This document shows, one piece after another, positions 1 to 7,591 of a stretch of 32,000 nucleotides of DNA. Below the pieces are notes generated by a model. That model saw only the letters and a program-made list of their open reading frames with translations. It was not told the origin of the DNA and made no database searches. Both the position numbers and the translations under genes were made by a program. Positions within the stretch are counted from its first letter, which is position 1; every line of letters begins with the position of its first letter. Source of the DNA: Promethearchaeum syntrophicum (GTDB lineage: Archaea > Asgardarchaeota > Lokiarchaeia > Sigyniarchaeales > Promethearchaeaceae). Where the stretch lies: contig NZ_CP042905.2 of the NCBI RefSeq assembly GCF_008000775.2, forward strand, positions 4,170,001 to 4,202,000. The letters run 5' to 3'.

Positions 1-326
1 ATAAAAGTAATAAATGGGAGGATTGTATGGAATAATATATAAAGTTTCAAATATTTGGAAAAAATATCCTCATTCCAGTGTAGAGCACTATCATGAGCCA
101 TATTTACTGCAAAATATGGAATTCCATGTTCATAATTATTTGCCCACATGGCTATTACTAGCTCGTCATCCTTTACTTTATAAAAATGCTCTTCAGGATC
201 CGGAATATTTGTTTCTTCAAACATATCAATATTTGCATGGGAAGGGCGTTTTTTCAAATATCGATCCAATTTTACATCATAATAGATTTTTAGCAGTTTT
301 TCTTCTGCTTCTTCTTTAGATATCAT
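1..326 (-). CDS. Array paralog A1: subtype-A membrane protein of unknown function. Its 3' end is truncated by the window edge, so only the N-terminal 108 aa are visible.
   Basis: I translated the minus strand by hand from the ATG at 326..324. It gives MISKEEAEEKLLKIYYDVKLDRYLKKRPSHANIDMFEETNIPDPEEHFYKVKDDELVIAMWANNYEHGIPYFAVNMAHDSALHWNEDIFSKYLKLYILFHTILPFITF with no stop down to position 3. This is clearly homologous to ORFs 976..1581 and 2416..3018. It is absent from the ORF track because it has no stop inside the window; the track's + ORF 14..319 is its antisense shadow. Confidence 0.85.
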   Translation of the reverse strand, partial: MISKEEAEEKLLKIYYDVKLDRYLKKRPSHANIDMFEETNIPDPEEHFYKVKDDELVIAMWANNYEHGIPYFAVNMAHDSALHWNEDIFSKYLKLYILFHTILPFITF

Positions 327-328
327 CT

Positions 329-943
329 CTATGCTCCTTTACTGAATCCCATAACCCAGCTGATAACGAACAAAAAAATAACGAAACCTTGAAGTATAGT
401 AATACCAATCAAATCAGAAAAACGTGATTTTGAATGTTTTTTTATTTCTTCTTCAGGTAAATTTATCCCTGTGTTTTCAAATAACTCTCTAAAACGAATT
501 AAAACACGTTTTTTCCAGTTTATTTTTAATACTATGAAATAAATAATAATTCCTGTCCCCAGTATATTTAAGAGAATTGCTCCAATAAGTGAATAAAGCC
601 TAATAAAACCTACCAAAGTCATAAAAATTAAGGGGATAATCAAATGAGAATTTATATAAAGTTTCATACGTTTTCGCAAAGAATCCTCACGCCAGTACTT
701 TGCACTATCACAAGCCATAATTACAGCAAAAAAGGGAATTCCATGTTCATAGCTATTTGCAAACATTCCAATATTCAAAGTATCATCTTTAATACCAAAC
801 CAATCATCTAAATCATCAGGATCTTTTGTTTCTTCGAAATCGACAATTTTCGCACTGGTAGGATATAAGTCAAAATAGCTATCCAATTTTACATCATAAA
901 AAATTTTTAGCAGTTTTTCTTCTGCTTCCTCTTTTGATACCAT
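329..943 (-). CDS. Array paralog B1: subtype-B protein of unknown function (204 aa), with an N-terminal soluble domain of about 100 aa followed by 3 predicted TM helices.
   Basis: Shares the family N-terminus MVSKEEAEEKLLKIFYDVKLD. Carries the subtype-B signature DSYFDLYPTSA, plus the YEHGIPFFAV and WKKRVLIRFRELF motifs. Hydrophobic helices are HLIIPLIFMTLVGFI, IGAILLNILGTGIIIYFIVL and ITILQGFVIFLFVISWVMGF. Its TAG stop at 329..331 lies 2 nt from the A1 start codon. Confidence 0.85.
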   Translation of the reverse strand: MVSKEEAEEKLLKIFYDVKLDSYFDLYPTSAKIVDFEETKDPDDLDDWFGIKDDTLNIGMFANSYEHGIPFFAVIMACDSAKYWREDSLRKRMKLYINSHLIIPLIFMTLVGFIRLYSLIGAILLNILGTGIIIYFIVLKINWKKRVLIRFRELFENTGINLPEEEIKKHSKSRFSDLIGITILQGFVIFLFVISWVMGFSKGA

Positions 944-975
944 GTAATCAGCTCGTTTGATTTTTATCTATATTT

Positions 976-1581
976 TTATGTGAATATTATTACCCAACTT
1001 AATAAGAGCAAGAAAAATGCAAAACATTGAATGGTATTAAAAGAAGAAAAATCATTGTATAGTCTTTTTGAATATTGTTTGAATTTTTCTTCGGAAATAC
1101 TTATACCGGTGTCATCAAAGAACTCTCTGTATCGGATTAAAACTCGTTTTTTCCAATTATTTTTTAACACAACGAAATAAATTATAACACCAGTTACTAT
1201 CAAGTTTATCAAAATTGCTCCAAAAAGTGATTTAGATTTAATAATATACCCTAAAAAAAAAAAGATTAAAGGTAACAGCATATGGGATATTGTATATATG
1301 ATTAAATATTTGGATAAAGGATCTCCACGCCAAGATTCTGCACTATCAATAGCCATATTAACTGCAAAAAAAGGAATCCCATGTTCATAGCTATTTGCCC
1401 ACATGGCTATTACTAATTCATCATCCTTTACCTTATAAAAATGCTCTAGATGATTAAGATCTTTCGTTTCTTCAAACATGTCAATATTTGCATGGGTAGG
1501 GGTTTTTTTCAAATAACGATCCAATTTTACATCATAAAAAATTTTTAACAGTTTTTCTTCTGCTTCTAATTTAGAAATCAT
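976..1581 (-). CDS. Array paralog A2: subtype-A membrane protein of unknown function (201 aa).
   Basis: N-terminus MISKLEAEEKLLKIFYDVKLDRYLKKTPTHANIDMFEETK, then YKVKDDELVIAMWANSYEHGIPFFAV and WKKRVLIRYREFF, followed by 3 hydrophobic helices. It is closest to the partial gene at 1..326 and to 2416..3018. Confidence 0.85.
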   Translation of the reverse strand: MISKLEAEEKLLKIFYDVKLDRYLKKTPTHANIDMFEETKDLNHLEHFYKVKDDELVIAMWANSYEHGIPFFAVNMAIDSAESWRGDPLSKYLIIYTISHMLLPLIFFFLGYIIKSKSLFGAILINLIVTGVIIYFVVLKNNWKKRVLIRYREFFDDTGISISEEKFKQYSKRLYNDFSSFNTIQCFAFFLLLLSWVIIFT

Positions 1582-1645
1582 CCTAATAAAAAATAATTAA
1601 GATGTTGGAATATATAAATCATAATAGTACTTGTTCCATATTGAT

Positions 1646-2263
1646 CTATACTCCATTACTGAATCCCAGAGCCAAGCTGATAATTAACAAACAAAAAATA
1701 ACGAACCCTTGAAGGATAGTAATCGCAATTATATCTGGGAAACGTGATTTTGAATATTTTTTTATTTTTTCTTCTGGTAAATAAATACCTGTGTTTCCAA
1801 ATAGTTCTCTAAATCGGATTAAAACACGTTTTTTCCATTTTATTTTCAATATAATGAAATAAATAATTATTCCAATTCCCAGTAAATTTATGAGAATTGC
1901 TCCAATACGAGAATAAAGACTAATAAAACCTACCAAGAATATAAGGATTATTGGAATAATCAAATGAGAATATGCATATAGTTTCATATGTTTAGCCAAA
2001 GGATCCTCGCGCCAGTTTTTTGCACATCCATGAGCCATAATAACAGCAAAATAAGGAATACCATGTTCATAATTATTTGCCCACATGCCTATTAATAACT
2101 TATCATCCTCAATACAATACCAGCTATCAAATTCATCGGAATCCTTTGTTTCTCCGAATTCTTCAATACTAGCACTGGTAGGATATAAGTCGAAATAACT
2201 ATCTAATTTTGCATCGTAATAAATTTTTAGCAGTTTTTCTTCAGCTTCTTCTTTTGATATCAT
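1646..2263 (-). CDS. Array paralog B2: subtype-B membrane protein of unknown function (205 aa from the internal Met).
   Basis: The track ORF (1646..2380) carries a 39-aa N-terminal extension, MFPKAYILFFF..., that no paralog shares. All four other copies start at MISKEEAEEKLL, which here corresponds to the ATG at 2263..2261. The protein is near-collinear with B1 (DSYFDLYPTSA, WKKRVLIRFRELFGNTGIYLPEEKIKKYSKSRF). Confidence 0.8.
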   Translation of the reverse strand: MISKEEAEEKLLKIYYDAKLDSYFDLYPTSASIEEFGETKDSDEFDSWYCIEDDKLLIGMWANNYEHGIPYFAVIMAHGCAKNWREDPLAKHMKLYAYSHLIIPIILIFLVGFISLYSRIGAILINLLGIGIIIYFIILKIKWKKRVLIRFRELFGNTGIYLPEEKIKKYSKSRFPDIIAITILQGFVIFCLLIISLALGFSNGV

Positions 2264-2415
2264 CTGAATAAGAAATAATATGGAGTTTGAAATATATAAA
2301 ATTTTTTTGAATTTAGTATAACATAACTGGATAATATTGAATATTTTAAAAAAAAAAAGTATATATGCTTTGGGAAACAATTAAAAAGAATATGTTCTTA
2401 ACCAGTTGTGCTCCA

Positions 2416-3018
2416 CTATATAAAAACAGCCCAACTCATTATGGAAATAAGAAAAATAATACCTTGCATGAATGATAGCGCCCCACCATCTAGGAAATCC
2501 AATTTCAAATATTTTCTGCTTTTTTCTTCAGATAGAACAATACCAGTATTTTTGAACAGTTCTTTTAATCGGATTAAAGTTCGTTTTTTCCATTTAAATG
2601 CTAAAATAATGAAATAAATCAAAGTACATGATCCCAATATATTTATAATAATCGCTATTGGAGGGAAATCTTGATATGTAAGCAATCCCACGCTCATAGT
2701 TATTATTGGTATTATCAAATGAGATAAAACAAATAGGTTCATATGTTTTGAGAAGAAATCTTTACGGTAGTGTTTTGCACTATCTTTAGCCATCTTTGAA
2801 GCAATATAAGGAATTCCATGTTCATAACTATTTGCCCACATTGCAATTACTAGTTCATCATCCTCTATCTTATAATAATGACCTAAACGATTGGAATTTT
2901 TCGTTTCTTCGAACATGTTTATATTTGTGTGTGTAGGTTTTTTCTTATAATGATGATCCAATTTGACATCATAGAAAATTTTTAACAGTTTTTCTTCAGC
3001 CTCTTCTTTAGATATCAT
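2416..3018 (-). CDS. Array paralog A3: subtype-A membrane protein of unknown function (200 aa). It is the promoter-proximal gene of the array.
   Basis: Contains MISKEEAEEKLLKIFYDVKLDHHYKKKPTHTNINMFEETK, YKIEDDELVIAMWANSYEHGIPY and WKKRTLIRLKELF, followed by 3 hydrophobic helices. Confidence 0.85.
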   Translation of the reverse strand: MISKEEAEEKLLKIFYDVKLDHHYKKKPTHTNINMFEETKNSNRLGHYYKIEDDELVIAMWANSYEHGIPYIASKMAKDSAKHYRKDFFSKHMNLFVLSHLIIPIITMSVGLLTYQDFPPIAIIINILGSCTLIYFIILAFKWKKRTLIRLKELFKNTGIVLSEEKSRKYLKLDFLDGGALSFMQGIIFLISIMSWAVFI

Positions 3019-3074
3019 GTGATCAGATTATCCTATATTTATATAAAAAATTATTAGGTGTTTTAGATATATAA
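3019..3074. promoter_or_regulatory. Putative bidirectional archaeal promoter region between array gene A3 and the Roadblock-GTPase gene.
   Basis: The 56-bp divergent intergenic region contains TATA-like runs: tatatttatataaaaaa at 3034-3050 and agatatataa just before the ATG at 3075. This spacing would give short-leader or leaderless mRNAs. The call rests on motifs only. Confidence 0.35.
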
Positions 3075-4082
3075 ATGGTAATGGTTGATCGAAAAAAACT
3101 GGAAGCACTACTTCAATGGATGTTTCAAAGCATTGGTCAAGATTTGGAAGCTTTGGTAATTGTAGATCGGGAAGGTCTTGTAATAACTAGTCTTTTAAAA
3201 GAAGGAATTAATGAAGATGAAGATATTATAGGCGGAATGGCGGCTTTAGTCGAACCGGTTTTAAAGAGAATATCAAATGAATTTAAATCGGGCAGTTTTG
3301 GAACTGGAAGTTTTGATACTGAAAAAAACAGGTTAATTTTTTGCGAGGCGGGTCCCGACTCAATATTGGTGTTAGTCGCAAATGCCTTAGCCAGTCTCGA
3401 CAGACTTTTTCCCTATGCTTACCTATGTGCAGAAAAAATAACTCGTATTTTTGATGGGAGATCAGTTTCTCCAGTTATCCCGAATTTCATGCATGAAAAA
3501 GAAAAATTACATGGTAGTAAAGATATCAGCCAAATTTTAATCGAAGAGGGTTCTTTTGTTCTTAAAACGGTGTTATGTGGTTCGGGCGGTGTTGGGAAAA
3601 CAACTTTAGTAACTCAATTTATCCAATCAACTTTTGAAGCAGATTATAAAAGTACAATTGGGCTTCAAATAATGAAAAAAGCAGTTAATTTTGAACAGTG
3701 GAATACAGAAGTTAAATTCACAATTTTCGATCTCGCAGGACAACAACAATTTGCAAAAGTACGCCAGACTTATTTTCAAGGAGCAAAAGCAGGGTTTCTA
3801 ATTTTTGACGTCACCCGAAGAGAAACCTTTGAGGATATTGAAAATTGGTATAATGAAGCAAGACGTGTCGAATCTGATGTCATGTTGATCTTAGTTGCGA
3901 ATAAGATTGATTTAGAAAATGAGAGAAAAGTTACTGAAGAAGAGGGAAGAGCTTTAGCAGAAAAATTAAAACTCCAGTATCTTGAAACAAGCGCGTTAAA
4001 TAAAGATATTGTAGATGAGGCTTTTAAAACTCTTGCATTTTTATTTATCAGAGAAAATAAGTTAATGAAGGCATTAAATTGA
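3075..4082 (+). CDS. Roadblock/LC7 (MglB-like) domain fused to a Ras/Rab-like small GTPase (335 aa).
   Basis: The N-terminal ~125 aa have the Roadblock/LC7 pattern (LEALVIVDREGLVITSLL...IGGMAALVEPVL...LIFCEAGPDSILVLVA). The C-terminal half has a complete set of G motifs: G1 GSGGVGKT, switch I YKSTIG, G3 DLAGQ, G4 NKID and G5 ETSAL. Confidence 0.85.
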   Translation: MVMVDRKKLEALLQWMFQSIGQDLEALVIVDREGLVITSLLKEGINEDEDIIGGMAALVEPVLKRISNEFKSGSFGTGSFDTEKNRLIFCEAGPDSILVLVANALASLDRLFPYAYLCAEKITRIFDGRSVSPVIPNFMHEKEKLHGSKDISQILIEEGSFVLKTVLCGSGGVGKTTLVTQFIQSTFEADYKSTIGLQIMKKAVNFEQWNTEVKFTIFDLAGQQQFAKVRQTYFQGAKAGFLIFDVTRRETFEDIENWYNEARRVESDVMLILVANKIDLENERKVTEEEGRALAEKLKLQYLETSALNKDIVDEAFKTLAFLFIRENKLMKALN

Positions 4083-4107
4083 AAGAAAATGAAGAGAGAA
4101 ATTATAA

Positions 4108-5130
4108 ATGAGTTTTAAAATAGCATATTTACTACCATATGAAAGCACTCCTCATGTGTATGTTGTTAAATCAGAAGAAACAACAGATCCACAGTATGGA
4201 TGCAAACCCCAAGATCGTTCATTAACAATGCTAATTAAAACAGGTATTGTCAATTTAGATAAACCTTCAGGTCCAACAAGTCATGAGGTGGCTTCTTGGG
4301 TAAAAAAAGTTCTTGGATTGGAAAAAACAGGTCATGGCGGAACATTAGATCCAGGAGTTACAGGAGTATTACCCGTAGCCTTAGGTCCTGCCACAAAAGT
4401 TATAGGAGCTTTATTGAGTGCGGGGAAGGAATATATTTGTGTTATGTATCTCCATGGGGATGTAGAAGAAAAAAAAATCCGTAATGTTTTGAACCTTTTT
4501 ACAACTAATTTATATCAACGTCCTCCAATTAAATCTTCAGTGGCGCGAAGACTTAGAACTCGCAGAATATACTATACCCAATTTATGGAAATGAAGGGAA
4601 GATTTGTTCTTTTTCGTGTTGGATGTGAAGCTGGTACTTACATTCGAAAATTGTGTTTTGATATTGGGGAAGCTCTGTTATGCGGAGCTCACATGTCTGA
4701 ATTACGGCGATCAAGAACGGGTGAATTTCGTGAGGATTCCCTTTGCACCTTACAAGATTTAAACGATGCAATGAAATTATATCAGGAAGAGAGAAATCCC
4801 GAATATCTAAAGAATTTAATAATTCCAATGGAAAAAGCAGTACATCATTGGAAAAAAATATATATTCGCGATTCTGCTGTTGATGCCATAGCTCATGGTG
4901 CAAGTTTAGCAGTAGCGGGAGTCTTATATTTAGAAAAAACTATTGAAAAGGATGAACAAGTAGCAGTTATGACGCAAAAAGGAGAATTGGTTGCTTTTGG
5001 CGTCGCATTGATGAGTTCCGCAAGGATGCTCAAAGTGTTTCATGGATTATGTGTAAGTACAAAGAAAGTTTTTATGGAACGAGGCGTATATCCACACTGG
5101 AAGTCAACACCTAAAGAAATCATACCATAA
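4108..5130 (+). CDS. cbf5: Cbf5, the H/ACA RNP pseudouridine synthase (TruB family with a C-terminal PUA domain).
   Basis: Motifs LDKPSGPTSHEV and GHGGTLDPGVTGVLPV (catalytic Asp) are present. The YQRPP, RRLR and GTYIR motifs, a PUA-like C-terminus and a length of 340 aa are all typical of archaeal Cbf5. Confidence 0.9.
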   Translation: MSFKIAYLLPYESTPHVYVVKSEETTDPQYGCKPQDRSLTMLIKTGIVNLDKPSGPTSHEVASWVKKVLGLEKTGHGGTLDPGVTGVLPVALGPATKVIGALLSAGKEYICVMYLHGDVEEKKIRNVLNLFTTNLYQRPPIKSSVARRLRTRRIYYTQFMEMKGRFVLFRVGCEAGTYIRKLCFDIGEALLCGAHMSELRRSRTGEFREDSLCTLQDLNDAMKLYQEERNPEYLKNLIIPMEKAVHHWKKIYIRDSAVDAIAHGASLAVAGVLYLEKTIEKDEQVAVMTQKGELVAFGVALMSSARMLKVFHGLCVSTKKVFMERGVYPHWKSTPKEIIP

Positions 5131-5146
5131 ATTGGTAGGGAAAAAA

Positions 5147-5860
5147 ATGACTCCACCAAAAAATGAACAGTATTTTAGTAAACGACCGAAATCAGAATTA
5201 AAGGTCCGTAAACTTTTTGAATCCATCCGAAAACACACATTGAATTTACAAACTTCTACTGGAGTTTTTAGTCCAGAAAATGTAGATAAAGGAACTCGAA
5301 TTTTAATTGAAAATCTAATTCTTCCAGAAAGTTATCCCGGAATGAAAATTTTGGAGATTGGCGCCGGTTACGGTCCAATAAGCATTTGGTTAGAAAAAGA
5401 ATATCAATTACAAAATCAAATAAATGATAATACTCCCCCAATTCCTAATATATATGCATCTGAAATCAATGAAAGAGCAGTTTGGCTGCTAAATCGAAAT
5501 ATTATTACTAATAATTGTAAAAATATCACCGTTTTAAAGGGTGATTTTCTGGATCATTTTGAAACTTTAAAAGAAAAAGGTGTTACTTTTCAAGCAATAT
5601 ACACAAATCCTCCGTTGAAAACAGGTCATGCCACCATGCTAGATTTATTTGAGCAAGCAATGGACTTATTGGCACCCAATGGGTTTATTCAATATGTGCA
5701 TATGAAAAAATTAGGCGCACCAGGTTTTCTAAAAAAGTTAAAAATAATTCAACCTGATTGGTTCTTTACTATTGTTCGGAAAAAGGGAGGATATCAAGTA
5801 ATAATCATAAGTCCAACCAAATTTGAAATAGAGTCAAAGCCTTCTACAGGTTATTTTTAA
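5147..5860 (+). CDS. Class I SAM-dependent methyltransferase of the MTS/RsmC-like small-domain type, with an NPPL motif.
   Basis: SAM-binding motif ILEIGAGYGPISI and catalytic-type motif YTNPPLKTG. The ATG at 5147 is preferred over the track's TTG at 5132, and an SD-like ggtaggg lies upstream. The gene starts 17 nt after the cbf5 stop, so the two are probably co-transcribed. The substrate cannot be told from the sequence. Confidence 0.7.
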   Translation: MTPPKNEQYFSKRPKSELKVRKLFESIRKHTLNLQTSTGVFSPENVDKGTRILIENLILPESYPGMKILEIGAGYGPISIWLEKEYQLQNQINDNTPPIPNIYASEINERAVWLLNRNIITNNCKNITVLKGDFLDHFETLKEKGVTFQAIYTNPPLKTGHATMLDLFEQAMDLLAPNGFIQYVHMKKLGAPGFLKKLKIIQPDWFFTIVRKKGGYQVIIISPTKFEIESKPSTGYF

Positions 5861-5884
5861 ATTTGGGTTTTTCTGAGAAAAATT

Positions 5885-7141
5885 CTACTTATCATTTGGG
5901 AAGATTTTTACAAGATAGAGAAGTTCTAAGGGAATTAATAAAAGGGTGATTATAAATGGAGCGATGTAGTGAACTTTTGCAATAATTAATCCTGAAATCA
6001 GCCCCATTGGCATAAATCCTAATGCCAAGATCAAATTCATTATCCCATAATATTCAGTGGGTTTTTTTTTATCTAGATTGGAAAGTAGAGCCATTTGAGC
6101 AGGTAAAAATACTGAAACTACAATTCCGAGTACAAAATGAGCTGCATATAAGAAAGGCATAAGATATTGATCTCTAAAAACCCAGCCGAGTAAAGCAAAT
6201 CCAAATATTACAAATCCTAAGGAATCTCCTAAGAACAAACTCCATTTTTTCCCTATTTTATCCACCAAATGTCCACAGGGAATTTGAAAAATCATATTCG
6301 AAATATTAAATATTATGATAATGACCCCAATCTGTTCTTTGGTTAAACTATAATTCGCTACTAAAGCCCCAGTATATATTGATAATGAAATGCCCCATAT
6401 CATTGAATCTACTAAAAAAAAAATAATTATTCTACGATTTTTTGGATTTTTAAAAATAGTTATCCAAGAAGATTCTGATTTCAAATCTTTTTTTACTGTT
6501 TCTTCTGATAGAACAGATTCTACGTCTTTGGATTGGAATGGTTGGGCAGATTTTTCTTCTTTAAGGAAGAAAAATTGAATAAAGATTTGGAGAATAATAA
6601 TGCCTGCAAATATACCAAAGTAAAATTGAGCAGGTTTTCCCAAATAAGTCACCATCAAATTTCCTCCTATGCTTCCCGCAAAATATCCAAAAAACATAAG
6701 ACTAAACATTAAACCATGTTTCTTGTCTTCACTATTCTCTCTAGTAAAAATTTGTTTTGGTGGATCTCTTATCCCATAACCAAGAAAAATAAGAGTAATA
6801 CCACTAATGATTAACACTAATTCTTGAAAAATTACAATTATTATGAGTCCAACTACAATCATGGATAAACCAATAAGGATTAATGATTTTCGCCCATGTT
6901 TATCTGCAATTTTTCCCGACAATTGCATTGGGAGAAGCTGCATAAGCATTCCAAATGTAGCTAGATAACCAAGAATAACCTCAGATTGCGTAATTTCATA
7001 TAAATACGGTTGATATACAACATTAAACATGCTAAAGCCAAAACCATGAATAATATTTGTAATAAATATGGTATATAAATTCTTTTTTTTAAATTGTTGA
7101 AGTTTTAAATGATCTGAATTAGTAGGCACGGGAGATCTCAT
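5885..7141 (-). CDS. Major facilitator superfamily (MFS) transporter.
   Basis: The 418-aa protein has about 12 hydrophobic helices in two halves separated by a charged central loop (KEEKSAQPFQSKDVESVLSEETVKKDLK). An MFS-like motif, GKIADKHGRK, follows TM2. Confidence 0.75.
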   Translation of the reverse strand: MRSPVPTNSDHLKLQQFKKKNLYTIFITNIIHGFGFSMFNVVYQPYLYEITQSEVILGYLATFGMLMQLLPMQLSGKIADKHGRKSLILIGLSMIVVGLIIIVIFQELVLIISGITLIFLGYGIRDPPKQIFTRENSEDKKHGLMFSLMFFGYFAGSIGGNLMVTYLGKPAQFYFGIFAGIIILQIFIQFFFLKEEKSAQPFQSKDVESVLSEETVKKDLKSESSWITIFKNPKNRRIIIFFLVDSMIWGISLSIYTGALVANYSLTKEQIGVIIIIFNISNMIFQIPCGHLVDKIGKKWSLFLGDSLGFVIFGFALLGWVFRDQYLMPFLYAAHFVLGIVVSVFLPAQMALLSNLDKKKPTEYYGIMNLILALGFMPMGLISGLIIAKVHYIAPFIITLLLIPLELLYLVKIFPNDK

Positions 7142-7208
7142 GTATTATCTAAACTGATAAGGTTAACGCGTCTCATAAACTCTTTTATTTTCGATCAGCT
7201 TATGTAAT

Positions 7209-7227
7209 CGAAAAATTTTTTTAATAT
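7209..7227 (+). promoter_or_regulatory. Candidate BRE/TATA element for the rpoH-rpoB transcription unit.
   Basis: The sequence cgaaaaatttttttaatat lies about 80 nt upstream of the rpoH start. The call rests on the motif only. Confidence 0.25.
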
Positions 7228-7306
7228 GTTGATTTCAAATGACTGTGCACAGAATTAACTTCTTATTAGTTGATTCTAAAAAAAAACTTATTTTCTCCCA
7301 AAAGAG

Positions 7307-7591
7307 TTGAATTCATCTTTGGTTACTACTAAAAAAACAAAAAAAATTGACGTATTGGCTCATGTAAGTGTTCCCTTTCATACCATACTCACAAAAAAAG
7401 AGACTACCCAGCTGTTAAAAGATTATTCTATTCGATTAGTGAATCTCCCCAGAATGTTCACGGATGATCCGGCAGCTTTGTCACTTGGCGCTTGCGAAGG
7501 AGATGTTCTTAAAATTATCCGTAAATCATCTACGACAGTTGATACAATTGAAACTTATCGATTTTGTGTTAAACGGAGGACAGACAAATGA
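7307..7591 (+). CDS. rpoH: DNA-directed RNA polymerase subunit H (Rpo5).
   Basis: HVSVPFHTILTKKETTQLLKDYSIRLVNLPRMFTDDPAALSLGACEGDVLKIIRKSSTTVDTIETYRFCV matches the conserved RpoH/Rpb5 C-terminal pattern (H.VP.H..L...E.........LP.I...DP......GDV.KI.R.S...G....YR.V). The start is a TTG with no in-frame ATG, so it is uncertain. The stop overlaps the rpoB start in ATGA. Confidence 0.85.
   Translation: MNSSLVTTKKTKKIDVLAHVSVPFHTILTKKETTQLLKDYSIRLVNLPRMFTDDPAALSLGACEGDVLKIIRKSSTTVDTIETYRFCVKRRTDK

Larger units (their letters stand above)
1..3018 (-). repeat. Tandem array of paralogous genes. The repeat unit looks like a two-gene A-B module, about 1.3 kb per A+B pair. At least 2.5 units are visible, and the array may continue beyond position 1.
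   Basis: Five same-strand homologous CDSs alternate between two sequence subtypes. Inter-gene spacers are 2, 32, 64 and 152 nt. Confidence 0.8.

Noticed and set aside
14-319. Track ORF of 101 aa on the + strand at the window start.
   Set aside because: It lies exactly antisense to a minus-strand reading frame (326..3) that encodes a clear homolog of the four neighbouring paralogs. The + strand product has no recognisable features. It is a shadow ORF.
2264-2380. A 39-aa N-terminal extension (MFPKAYILFFF...) on track ORF 1646..2380.
   Set aside because: None of the other four paralogs has it. All of them start at MISKEEAEE, which here is the internal ATG at 2263. The extension is AT-rich intergenic sequence read in frame.
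285-3018. A near-identical ~40-nt block at the 5' end of all five array genes (sense strand: ATGATATC.AAAGAAGAAGC.GAAGAAAAACTG.T.AAAAT.), considered as a possible conserved RNA element or a sign of gene conversion.
   Set aside because: The encoded peptide (MISKEEAEEKLLKI) is conserved. In this AT-rich genome, GAA/AAA/TTA-type codons are strongly preferred, so codon bias plus protein conservation explain most of the nucleotide identity. I cannot separate this from an RNA-level constraint without a synonymous-site rate analysis.
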